64,000 nucleotides of DNA from contig CDPCPM010000418.1 of assembly GCA_976551045.1 (NCBI GenBank), positions 4,836,001-4,900,000 on the forward strand, written 5' to 3'. Positions 11,761 to 23,450 of this stretch are shown here, in pieces. Positions within the stretch are counted from its first letter, which is position 1, and each line of letters starts with the position of its first letter. Both the position numbers and the translations under genes were made by a program. The DNA comes from Glaucostegus cemiculus (lineage: Eukaryota). The notes beneath the pieces were generated by a model that saw nothing but the letters and a program-made list of their open reading frames with translations, ran no database searches and was not told the DNA's origin.

Positions 11761-13199
11761 ATGTCCAAGTACCCGTCAGTGGAACATCTCTAATAATGCT
11801 TACCAGTCAAAGTAATTATAATTAACTCCATCTCTGTTTTCTGTATTGTGCTCTATTTATATGGCATAGTACTAGTTCCTTGATTGTAAAGGTTTTGATT
11901 TTATTCACTAGCCTATTTTGTGGTAAGTTATTGATGGCCTGTACTCCCTTACCATAAGATTGGCGAAGCCTCGCTTTGTCTTTTGATGTTTTAATTATTC
12001 AATCATTTACGGATTCTGTTTTTCTACTATATTTGAGTATGCATTCCATTATTGTTCCTACCACTGACGTTAACCGTGTCATGGGTGTCAGCTATCTTAG
12101 TGCTGGGAAATGAGTAATTGCTGTCAGTTTCTACCCACAGAGCACAGTATGAGTCATTGTGGCATGCAAGTGTGGGGAATGTATGTGTTTGTTTCCATCT
12201 CTACAAGCAGAGATTTTTTAACTCCTCTTGTACCTCACCAAGAAAATGCATCAACCTAAGGAAAATACTGCTGGGCATCTAAAACAAAGTGTTTGAGCCA
12301 CTCAACAGGTTGGGCAATATCTGTGGAGAGAGAAACAAGAGTTATTGTGTCAGGTTGATGATCTCGTCAAAGATTGCTATCTCTCCACAGATGCTCCCTG
12401 AGCTACTGAATGCTTCCAGTTGCTGGTTTGGTTACCGAGGTCAGAGAATGCTAGGATGGTGAACATAAAGCACAGCTTGAGGGTTTGCATAATTTAGTTA
12501 CAGTTCCTGATTGGAATGAGGAAAGGAATTTAATACTCATTCAAAGTTTCAATAAAGTATGTCCAGCCTGTCCAAATTGGGACTGTCATTTTGAGGGAAT
12601 CACCTCATAAACTTGTCAAACAGAGAAAATAATTTCTCTTTTTTAGGTGGCCTTTTGTTGGCTAGCCCAAGAGTTATTGTCCATCACTAGCTGCCCTTGG
12701 GAAATGGATGGTGAGCCAACATTTTGAATCATGGGTGAAGGTACCCATACTGCATGGTTTGGTGACTACCAGGATTAAGACCAAAGCCAAGTCCAGACTG
12801 TGTACTTCTTGGAGGGGAACCTGTAGCCAATTGTGTTCCCATGTCCCTGCTACTCTTGACCTTCATGGTGGCAGTGTCATGATCTGGGTGGAACCCATCT
12901 GTTGTTCAATGATACCATGTTCCAGTTCAACTTCACACTCATAAACACTCGTGTTCTTTTGAATCATTTCCTTTGTATTGAAATACCAATCACTCTCTGA
13001 CTTGAATATATTCAATTACTGACCATCCAGAGCCCTGTGAGGTAAAAAATAACCAAAGATTCACATCCTCTGACCACATCCGTGGTCCCTATTCTATTAC
13101 CAGGGAAAACATCCTCCCAGCACCCACTTTAGGGGATGTAGGTTTCCGATGCTCAATCTCTCCTTTCTAGGACTATCTCATGAATCTCATAAATCTTCG

Positions 13200-13950
13200 T
13201 TTTCATCCCCTCTGAGATTATTTTATCCAGGTGAAGCAATGATTCACATACACTTTTCCCAATCTAGTCTATGGCATTCGGTCGGTTCACAGTGTGGCCT
13301 CCTGTACATCGGAGAAGCCAAACACAGATTGGACGATCACTTTGCAAAGCACCTGCGTTCAGTCCACAGGGCTGAGCCTCAGGTTCTTGTTGCCTGCAAC
13401 TTTAATTCACCACCCCACACCCACGCTGACCTCTGTCCGTGGCCTCCTGGCACTGTTACCACGATGCTCAGCGCAAGCTCAAGGATCCATACCTCATCTT
13501 CCAGCAGGGCACATTGCAACCTTTGGGATTCAGCATCAAATTCCCAACTTGAGGTAACTCGCTCTTTCTGTCTGTCAGAACTGGCCATTTCTGCCTGCTG
13601 TCACTTTCGCTCTGTTTTTCTTTATATTTTCTTTATTTTTTTAATCTAGTCTGGGCTAATCCTATAGGTTGATCATTAACAACACGTTGCACAGACAAAG
13701 AAGCTTAATCTGATTGTTAACTACCACATTTGGTCATCTGGTGTAACCTTATAGGAGCTATTTCCTTTATTTATCCATTCCTCTTCCCTAGCAGCTCAGC
13801 TGCCTAGCACTAAATTGTTTTCTCATTCCCAGTTCTGATGGAGGGTCCTGGGCCTGAAATGTTTACTGTTTCTCTTTCCACAGATGCTGCCTGACCTGCT
13901 GAGTGTTTCCAGCTTTTTCTGTTTTTATTTCAGCTTTCCGCCATCTGCAG
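13200..13950 (+). mobile_element. Penelope-like element 3' part: GIY-YIG endonuclease remnant and terminal repeat
   Basis: CGLLYIGEAKHRLDDHFAKHLRSV...VACNFNSPPHTH is typical of the PLE GIY-YIG domain. It is followed by the abundant terminal repeat CAGATGCTGCCTGACCTGCTGAG. Confidence 0.85.
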
Positions 13951-14409
13951 TTTATTTTTTGATTTTCAATTGATCTTTACTTGGATGAGAAGACCAAAAC
14001 TGTACACATGATTCTTTAATTGTGGTCTCCCAGTGCAATAAGACATTCATTCTTTTGCAGAGATTGTGGATTTGGAAGGTGCTATTTGCCATTGTCTTTG
14101 TAATAATAACTGCTAACACATATTCCATACATTTTCCGATTTGCTTGCTGCACACACAAGGATGCCCAGGTCACTGTGAATACCAACGTTTCTCAGTCCT
14201 TCGCCTCTTTAATAAATATTCTTTCTCTTTTACAACCTGACGTTCATATTTCATACTTATATGCATCATATTCCATCTGCCACTTCTGTAACCACTCACT
14301 TGACAATGTCCCTTTTCAGCATCTTTGTACTCCTCCAGTTCATTTTCCTGCCTGGCTTTGTGTCGCCAGTAAATTTGGATAAGTGACCCTCAGTCCCCTC
14401 ATTTTTATT

Positions 14410-17250
14410 TTTTGGGATCTGGGCATCACTGCCAAAGCCACCATCTCTAACTGCCCTTGACATGGTGTTGACCTGCCACCTTGAACCACTGCAGTCCCTC
14501 AGCTAAAAGTACCCCTCAATGCTATTGGGGAGTTCCAGGATTTAGACCCAGTGACAACGAAGGTACATTTCCAAATCGGTATGGTGTGCAACTCGGAGGG
14601 GTACCTGCAGGCTGTCGTGTTCCCATGTGCCTGCCGCCCTTGCCCTTCTCAGTGGTAGAGGTTGCAGGTTTGGGAGATGCTGTCAGTGGTGATCACAAGT
14701 AACCACAGTGCATTACATAGATGTCACACGTGGCAGCCATTTTGTGGTGATGATAGGGGGAATGAATGTTGAGGGTCCTGATGGGATGTGAGTCACGTCA
14801 CCTGATTTGTCTTGGACTGTGTTAAGCCTCTTGAGAGTTATTAAATTTGCACTCGTACAAGTGGAGAGTATTCCTATTCATTCCTGACTGATACTTGTAA
14901 ATGATATAAAGGCCATGGAATGTCAAGAGATGAGTCACTCATTACAAAGTACCCAGTTTCCAAACTTGTCTTGAAGCCATGGTGTTTATATGGCTGGTCT
15001 CATTGAATTTCTGGTCAGTGGTGGCCCCCCAAAGAGTCACAATAATGTTAACACCATCAAATGTCGAGAGGAGGCAGTTGGACACTCTCTTGTTGGAGAT
15101 GGTCGTTGCCTGTACTTCTGTGGTATGTACAATAGTTACTTGCTATTCATCAGATCAAGACTGAATGTTGCCTACATCATGCTTCTTGTAGGCATGGAGT
15201 GTTTCATTTGTTGAGGAGCTGGGAATGGAATTAAATACTGCACCATCAACAAAGAATATCCTCACTTCTAAGGAGCTCGAAGGTGGGCGGGCCTCGGGCA
15301 CTGCCCTGAGGAACTCCTGCAGTGATGTCCTGAGGCTGGGATGACTGACTCCAGTAACCACCAACATCTTCCTTTGTGCAAAGTTTGACTCCAACCATTG
15401 GAGTGCTTTGCCTTTGATACTCATTGAGCTTAGCTTTGTCAGGGCTCTTTGATGCCACACTCACTTGACTGCTGACTGGTATCAGGGACGATCACACCCA
15501 GACCACATCTGGATGTCAGTATTTTAGACCCTGTTTGGACTGGGTCTGTGATGGGATCTGGAGTGGATTGCTTCTGAGAAATCTCAAACTGGGCATTGGT
15601 GAGTAGGTTATTGGTGAACAACTGCCACTCAAAGGCAGTGTCAATGAACCTTTTGTCAGTTTACTGATGATTGAGAGTAGATTGGGTGTTAATTAGCCCG
15701 ATTGGATTTAGAATCATGGAGTCATACAGCATGGAAACTTTGGCTGCCTTGTCTATGACAGCTTTAAAGTACCTACCCTTATTATTTCCATTTGGCCTGT
15801 GGCCTTCTATACATTGGGCTTCAAGTGCTCATCTAAATATTTCTTAAACGTTGTGAGTTTTTCTTTCCCCACCACCCCATCAGACAGGGGATTCTGGATT
15901 TCATCCACGCTCTGGATTCCCCTTTAAATCTCCAAACCCTTCACCTTAACCTATGCCTTCTGGTTGTAGACACTCACTGCCCTATTTACGCCCGTCATGA
16001 TTGTGTACAACTCCATCAGGTCCTCTCTCGGCCTTCTCTGCTCCAAGGGAAAAAAAAAACCAACCCATCCAGTTTCTCCTCCAGGTTGAAACACTCCATC
16101 CCAGGCAGTATTCCAATGAATCTGCTCTGCACCCTCTCCAGTCGGTTCCCATCATCCTGTCGTGGGACTCCTGACTGTTGGGAACAGAATGTATCTGGGC
16201 AGCTTTCCATGTCATCGGGCAGAGGCCAGCATTGTCACTGTGCTGGTCTTACGTACTGCAGCTGCAATCTGTTCTTGTCCCAGAGCCCTTGCTGGATCCT
16301 GTGCTCTCAGCCGTTGCTTGATATTACACGAAGAGAAGTTAATCGGCTGAAGGCTGGCCTCTGGATCGCAGCAGGGAGCTGAGATGAATCATCTGTTCGG
16401 CACTTCTGCTGAACGTGGATGTGAATGCTTCAGTCTTTCACTAGCAGTCACGTGCCTGCCCTGTGGTCCTGGAGGTTGAGGATTTGCTTGGAACTCTGCC
16501 TCCTCCTATTAACTGTGTAATTTTCCACCAACATTCGGGACTCAATGCGGCAGGACTGTGGAGCTTTGATCTGGTCTGGCAATCGCCTTCTGTTTAGCAC
16601 ATGTAGCTTCACCAGGCTGGCATCTCATTTCTGGGTACACCTGGTACCATTCCTGGTGTGCCCTGCATTGAACCAGGGTTAATGGAGTGTGTCTTTGGTG
16701 TAAAAATGGGACTTCATCTCGACAAGGATTGTACATTTGTCACTCCTGCTGCTATCATGGACAGATGCGTCTGCCACAGGAAGACTGGTGAGGGCGGGGT
16801 TAGGTAGGTTTATCCCTCATTAGTTTGCACAATACCTTCCACAGACTTGATCAAACTGTTCTCTCCTTCAGCTCAGTCAATACTGTTGGTACCAAGTTAT
16901 AGTGCCTTCAGTGCCCTTGCTACTTTCTTTGCCTCTTCCAAGTGCTGTACAACATGGAGGAGCACTGAGGGAGGACGGTAGGTGGTTATCAGGGTGAGGT
17001 TTGCCTGGGACACCAATGACTCCTCCAAGAGCTGCTTCATTCTGCCCATAGCCACTGGGCTGCCACTTCTGGGGGGATGAGCCATACCATGGTTTGTGAA
17101 GGAGCCTGGCACACTGTCTGGATGTGAGTGCAGGTGAGTCAGGCTGTTGCTTGACTAATCTCTGGAACAGCTCTCCTGATTTACACATGGTCCCTACATG
17201 TTTGTGAAGAGGACTTTGCAAAGTTGACTGGGCTAGAAGCAACTCTCTGT
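14410..17250 (-). mobile_element. Long decayed CR1-clade LINE with a nested CR1 3' fragment at about 15710-16170
   Basis: Minus-strand ORFs give RT remnants (QDITAGVPQGSARGP; LQWLESNFAQRKMLVV). The nested piece gives RLERVQSRFIGILPGM. Confidence 0.75.
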
Positions 17251-18002
17251 GTCCACGTTTGGTGCTTGGGTCATCTATGGCAGTGATTTGTTTCCACCTG
17301 AAGCTCGAGCACTGACCCCTGTCGTATCCCTTCCATGCAACCTACCAACTGAAAATATCCCTCCATTAACTAATCCTCAATCCACACTAATATATAATAG
17401 CCAATTCCTTGGTATCTATTTTTTAAACTAATTTCTTGAGGAAAACTTTATTGAATACTATAATGAAGCTTTAAATATATCACATTATATACTAATAGCC
17501 CACTTGGTCCTTGAACCTACTCCGTATTTAACTCGGTAATCCAGACACTGACCTGATTGTAACCTCAACTTTCCGTTCCAGTTTCCCACAGTAAACTTTC
17601 ACCATTTATCTACCTCAACCTTAAAAATATTCAAAGAAGGTACTTCATCGCCGTTCGAGGAAGATCCATCACCTCAGAGTAAAACTACCGCCTCACCTTT
17701 GACTTAAGTGGTAACCCCTTATTTTTAAACAGTGACCCATAGTTCTAGATTCTTCCACAAAAGGAAATATCCTCTCCGTATCCAGCCTGTCAAGACCTTT
17801 CTCTTACTTCGAAATTTCTAAATACAAGCCTAGCCTGTCCGATATTTGCTCATAAGATAACCCACCCATTCCAGTTATTAGTCATGTAAACCTCTGACTG
17901 CTTTGACATATTAACATCCTTTCTTAAATAATTTCACACAGTACGCCAGATGTGGCCTCACCAATGCCAATATAACTGAAGTATAACCTTCCAAACTTTT
18001 AA

Positions 18003-18230
18003 CAGATTTATTATCACTGACATATGACGTGAAATTTGTTATTTTGCAGCAGCTTTACAGTGCAAAACAAAAAATTACTATAAATTACAAAAAGAAATAG
18101 TGCAAAAAAACAGGAATAGCGAGGTAGTGTTCATGGACCATTCAAAATCTGATGGCGGAGGAGAAGAAGCTGTTCCTGAATCACTGAGCATGGGTCTTCA
18201 GGCTCCTGTACCTCCTCCCTGATGGTACCC
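18003..18230 (-). mobile_element. Rex-Babar (Rex1-like) LINE 3' end fragment nested in a CR1 remnant (about 17470-18380)
   Basis: Minus strand reads PSGRRYRSLKTHAQ*FRNSFF, homologous to LPSGRRLKCIRARTTRLNNSFF in ORF 57220..57897. Confidence 0.75.
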
Positions 18231-18384
18231 CTAACAATAAGCCTAACATTCTGTAGGTTTATCTTATTTTTTTGCTGTGCCCACATTACTTGTCTTTTGC
18301 GATTTGTGCACCACATTGTGGTGATCTGCAATCTTTCACCCTTTGGAGAATTTCACATTTACCTCCATTGTTTTCCTAATGACC

Positions 18385-19560
18385 TCATAGAATCATAAAG
18401 TAATACAGCATGGAAACAGACCCTTCAGCCCGACTCTGCCATGCTGACCTAGATGCCCCTCTTAGCTAGTCCCATTTGCTCACATTGGACACCCTCTAAA
18501 CCTTTCCTATCCATGTACCTGCCCAGTGTCTTTTTAAAAGTTGTTATTGTTCCTGCCTCAACCACTTCCTCTGGCAGCTCATTCTATGTGCGCACCATCC
18601 TCTAAGTGAAGAAGTTACCCCTCACTCCCTTTTTAAATCGTTCCCCTCTCACAAACCTGTCCCCTCTAGTCTTTGATTCCCTTTCCCTGGGAAAGAGACT
18701 ATGCATTCACCCTTAACTATAGCCCTCATGATTTTATACATCTATAAAGTCACCCCTCAGTCTCCTATGCTCAAGGAATAAAGTCCTAAACTGCCCAACT
18801 TCTCCCTATAACTCAGGCCCTCGAGTCCTGGCAACAGTCCCGTAAATCTTCTTTGCACTCTTTCCAGCTTAATGACATCTTTCTTATAACAGGGTAACCA
18901 AAAGTCTGCACGATAGCCCAGTGCAGCCTCACCAGCGTCTTGTACAATTGCAAAATAATGTCCTAACTCCTACCCTCAGCACCCTGACTGATGAAGGCAG
19001 TATGCCCACTGCCTTCTTCACTACCCTGTCTACCTGTGATGCCCCTTTCAGGGAACGATGTACTTGTACTCCTAGGTCCCTCAGTTCTATAACACTCCCC
19101 AGGGTCCTACTGTTCACTGTGAAAGTTCTGTCCTGGTTTCCCACCTACCTAGCTGATCGAGATGCTGCTGTAATTTTGATAACCTTCACTGTCTACGACA
19201 CCGCCTATTTTAGTGTCGTCTGCACACTTACTAACCATGCCTCATACGTTCTCATCCAAACCATTTATATGAGTGATGAACAACAATGGGTCCCAGTACT
19301 GATCCCTGTGGCACACCACTAGTCACAGGCCTCCAGTCTGAAAACCTGCCATCACATTCAGCTTTCCACCATCGAGCCAATTGTGTATCCACCTGGCTGG
19401 CTCTCCCTGGATCCCATGCAATCCAACCTTCCAGATGGGCTTTCCATGCAGGACCTTGTCAAAGGACTTGCTAAATTCCATATAAACAACATCCACTGCC
19501 CTGCCCTCATCAATCCTCTTGGTTACCTCTTAAAAGAACTCTAGCAGATTTGTGAGACAC
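18385..19560 (-). mobile_element. CR1 (HER1-type) LINE, 5'-truncated
   Basis: FTVNSRTLGSVIELRDLGVQVHRSLK (ORF 18929..19144), GVPQGSVLGP remnant at about 19290-19320, CR1 3' UTR. Confidence 0.88.
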
Positions 19561-20607
19561 ATCCTCTTCACAAGCTCAAAACAAAAATTCCTAAGAGATT
19601 TGCAAACACAAATTTCCTTCAACTTTGTTGATGGCACTGACTAGATAAATATAAAAACAGAAATGCTGGAAAACCTCAGCAGGTTGGGCACCATCTGTGG
19701 AAAAAGAAACAGTTAATGGGTTAGGTCCAGGACCCCACATCTATTTCTCTTTCCACAGACACTGCCTGACCTGCTGAGTTTTTCCAACATTTGCTGTTTT
19801 TATTTCAGATTTCCAGCATCTGCATTTTGTTTTTATTTTTAGTGACATATTTAAGATCATTTCCAAAAGAACAAAAGATGGACGAGAGGACTTTTCTTGG
19901 CACCGAGGTTTGTTGTTGCAGGAAGCAGAATTCAAAACATCTTTAAATGAAGATGGGCCAAGGCAATTGTTCCTACCAGGGTGATAACTGAGGAACTGGT
20001 CAAGGGCTGGAGTCTTTCACAGGGAGGACATGGAGGATGGGGGAATGGGTGGATCTGGGCCATGAGACAGAAGTTGTCTCAAATTTATTGAGAAGTGCAA
20101 ACAATACTAATTTGTCAGAGATTAAATCACACGGTTTGTTTTGGATATGTTGAATAATTCTGTATTTATGACACAGTAAGTGAGTTCCATTGTTCAAAAT
20201 ATGCAGTAATCCCAAGATGGCCATGTACTGTGAGGATCTCAGAGATGCTGGATTGGAAAGAAGTGACCGAGAAATACAAGGAGATGTCCTTCCACCAACC
20301 TCTCTCCCCCTCCCTTCCTCAACCTCTTTGGGTTATCGTCCATGCTTTTGAGAGGAGTCCCAACCCAGACACTTGGGTACACAACCCAGGCTGGCACCTC
20401 AGTGTGGAACAGTGAAAAAGTGCAGTCTTTTGGATGAGGTGTTTGAACCAAGGCTGTGTGTGCTCTCTCAGGTGGATACAAAAGACTCTGTGGCATTTTA
20501 TTGTGAAAGTAAGCTGTGGTTATCCTTGGAGGACTGACCAATTTAAATTAATATTGTCACATAGGCTGTCTGTGGGAGCTTGCGCTGTACAAGTCAGTGG
20601 GCATATT

Positions 20608-20904
20608 ATAAGATATCTTTATTAGTTACAGGTACATCGAAACACACAGTGAAATGCATCATTTTGCGTAGAGTGTTCTGGGGGCAGCCCACAAGTGTCG
20701 CCACGCTTCCAGCGCCAACATAGCATGCCCACAACTTCCTAACCCGTACATCTTTGGAATGTGGGAGGAAACTGGAGCATCCGGAGGAAACCCACGCAGA
20801 CACAGGGAGAATGTACAAATTCCTTACAGACAGCAGCCAGAATTGAACCCAGGTCACTGGCACTGTAATAGCGTTACGCTAACCACTACACTACCATGCC
20901 TGCC
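20608..20904 (-). mobile_element. V-SINE (HE1-type, tRNA-derived) inserted into a Deu-domain SINE
   Basis: Minus strand has a tRNA-like head (GGTAGTGTAGTGGTTAG...GGGTTCAATTC) and the V-domain TGTACATTCTCCCTGTGTCTGCGTGGGTTTCCTCCGG. Host SINE halves lie at about 20330-20605 and 20905-20950. Confidence 0.88.
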
Positions 20905-22069
20905 CACATTACCACAGTAACTTTACTTTAAAAGCATTTTCTTGGCTGTAAAAGGAGTCCATGCCAACCTTAGCCCATCAATCACACTATATGATGGAAG
21001 AGTCTATCTCTCCCTGATCTCTCTACCCTAGTTCTTCACATACGTTTGGCACAGCTTCATTACACATGTTGAAAAGAGATGAAGCATATTCCACCCATGA
21101 AGCAGACTCAGCACACATCTTAAACAATCTGTCTCACAAAAGATTCTAAGCCATCCCATTTACAATTGGTGCCAAAGTCCAGAAAAGATCATCTCTGCCC
21201 TTCCACTGGAAATGGGACTGAAGTCTGGGATCTATGCCCAACTTTAATTCCCATACCCTAGCTCCAGGGTCTTGGGGCCCCCTGACTTTGAGCCCTCAGT
21301 CTTGCTCAGAATCAAAACGCCCATCCACTATTGCATGTGCATACATATTGTTCATTTCTTTCATGTTCAGAACTCACCGTCTCTCTCTGTCTCTTTTCTC
21401 CTTTGCTATATTTTCCCAGCTCGTTCTACCATTCTGTCAGTCCTTAACTCTTTCTGTTCCTCTCTCAAATTCATTCTTAAATTTGTTTTCTACTTTCCTA
21501 TTTCTTTCCTTCTACATCTTATTTATCTGCTGTGTCTCTGAATGATGCACATACCCTCCATTTTCACTGCATTTGTCTGTGCTACATTTTACATTGTTTG
21601 TTTGCACTTTCCTTGGAAACATTCCGTACATGCTAATATACATCCCTGAGCTGCAAACAGTTTATGCTTGGATTTAAGCCAAAATTTGTTGCCTCCTACA
21701 TAACAAAAGTTATGTGAGGTGTGCACTGTATCTCTGACTTGCTCAGGTTTCTAACCAGAAATCAAGACCTTGAAGTTCCTCTCACTTGAGATAAGCGGAT
21801 AGTTTGAAGCAGTTTCTGCTATCGATCTTATCAGATCTGACACCAGGTAGTGAGTGAAAACGGAATTAAGTGGTTGTGCTTTTAATGAGAGCAGGCAGTG
21901 TGGGTGGGAGAGCATCAGACAGCAGGAACAGAATGTATATGCTTTGCTCCCCACTCCTTCCTTCGGTCTGATTTGCATCAAAGTCCAAAGGTTTATTTTT
22001 TTGATGTTGTGAATCTATCAGAAACTGGTATCAGGTGCTGTAATAATGCATGTGTCTTACATTCCGAGA

Positions 22070-23450
22070 GTGGTCCTTCTCCTTTGGCACTCCCTCAGGA
22101 CTGAGGACAACCTGCTTCCATTCCATTTCTGTGGGTTCTGAGGTGGGTGATGAGGCCAGTGTGGGATCCGCAGTCTATGCCGCAAGTGGGGGAGAGGCAC
22201 TGAGAGCGAAAGTGGGTGGGTAGTAAGGAAGGTGGTGCACTCCTGTCATTTTCGCTTGGCTTCTGCGTGTTCTTGACAGAGACTCCAGGTTCTCAGTGGC
22301 ACCCCATGTCTTGTTCCCCCATTCGGAGTGGTAATGAGCAGAACTTGCATGGGTCTGTGAGGGAGCCACATACAGAACTTGCATTGGGTCTGTGAGGGAG
22401 CCACATTTATTTCAAGGAGGTTTTGAGAACATCCTTGAAGTATTTCTTCACGTCTCCTGGTAACCTCTTGCAGTGACAGGAGCTCCGAGTAGAATCTCTG
22501 TTTTGGAAATCTGGTGGCAGGCACAAGAAAAAATATGGTTTGGTCATCAGAACTGGTTGAATGTATTTAGAACTTCATCATGGGGAGTGCTGGTCCAGGA
22601 AGGGATGCTGTCATTGGTTCACTCCTGCCAACAAAAGCTTACTGTAAGTAGTCCATGTCTCAGAAGTGTACGGGAGGGCTGGTATCACTGCTGGCTGGTT
22701 CAACATGAGCTTTGAGCTCGTTTTGAGGGCTTGATTTTCAAGCTCTTTTCCTCAGGCACCCAAAAGCTGTGGTGAATTTCACCATTGATGTCTGCCTTTG
22801 CTAAGGGACGGTTCTCAATGAATGGGGAGGTGTCCACGTTTTCCAAGGTCTCACCTTGGACTTTTATTGTCCAGGAGTGGTGTTGTGCAGCAAGGGCAGG
22901 CTGGTAGAGGACTTTTGTTTTGTGGGTGTTCAACATAAGCCCCATTCTCTCTGAAGGGTTCAGTGAATTAATTAACGTTAACTTGGAGTGTATGCAGATG
23001 CAAGCATTGTCTGTCCACAGAAGCTCGATGACTGAACTTGGTTCTGAAATGGGATAACGAAGGACAAAAAAATTCCTGTTCATCCTGGAGATTAGCTCCA
23101 TTCCAGTGGTAAGTTTGTTGGCCGTGTGGCGTGAGAAAGATCGAGAAGAATTTTTTAAATTTTAATTTTAAATTAAATTTTATTTACAGCGTGGTAACAG
23201 GCCCTTTCGGCCCAACGAGTCCGCGCTGCCCATTCTAAACCCCCGAATTAACCTACCCGTACGTCTTTTAGAATGTAGGAGGAAACCGGAGCACCCGGAG
23301 GAAACCCACGCAGACACGGGAGAACGTACAAACTCCTTACAGTCAGCGACAGGAATTGAACCCCGATCGCTGGCGCTGTAACAGCATCGCGCTAACCGCT
23401 GCACTATCGTGCCACCCAAGAAGGTTGGAGCAATAGCAGTGGACCCATTG
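22070..23450 (-). mobile_element. RTE-clade LINE remnant
   Basis: SSVIELLWTDNAC (degenerate ELQYADD), GLMLNTHKTKVLYQP and MPATRFPKQRFYSEL are RTE/BovB-type RT C-terminal motifs. Confidence 0.8.
23150..23418 (-). mobile_element. Young V-SINE (HE1-type) nested in the RTE remnant
   Basis: CpG-retaining copy with A/B boxes, V-domain and AT-rich tail; possible TSD AGAAG (23144-23148 / 23419-23423). Confidence 0.9.

Noticed and set aside
10135-21978. Additional perfect octamers at 10135-10142 and 21971-21978
   Set aside because: A few 8-mer hits are expected by chance in 64 kb, and they lack supporting context.
23340-23418. tRNA gene (A/B boxes; also about 20830-20904 and 38068-38140)
   Set aside because: These are tRNA-derived SINE heads joined to V-domains, not cloverleaf tRNAs.
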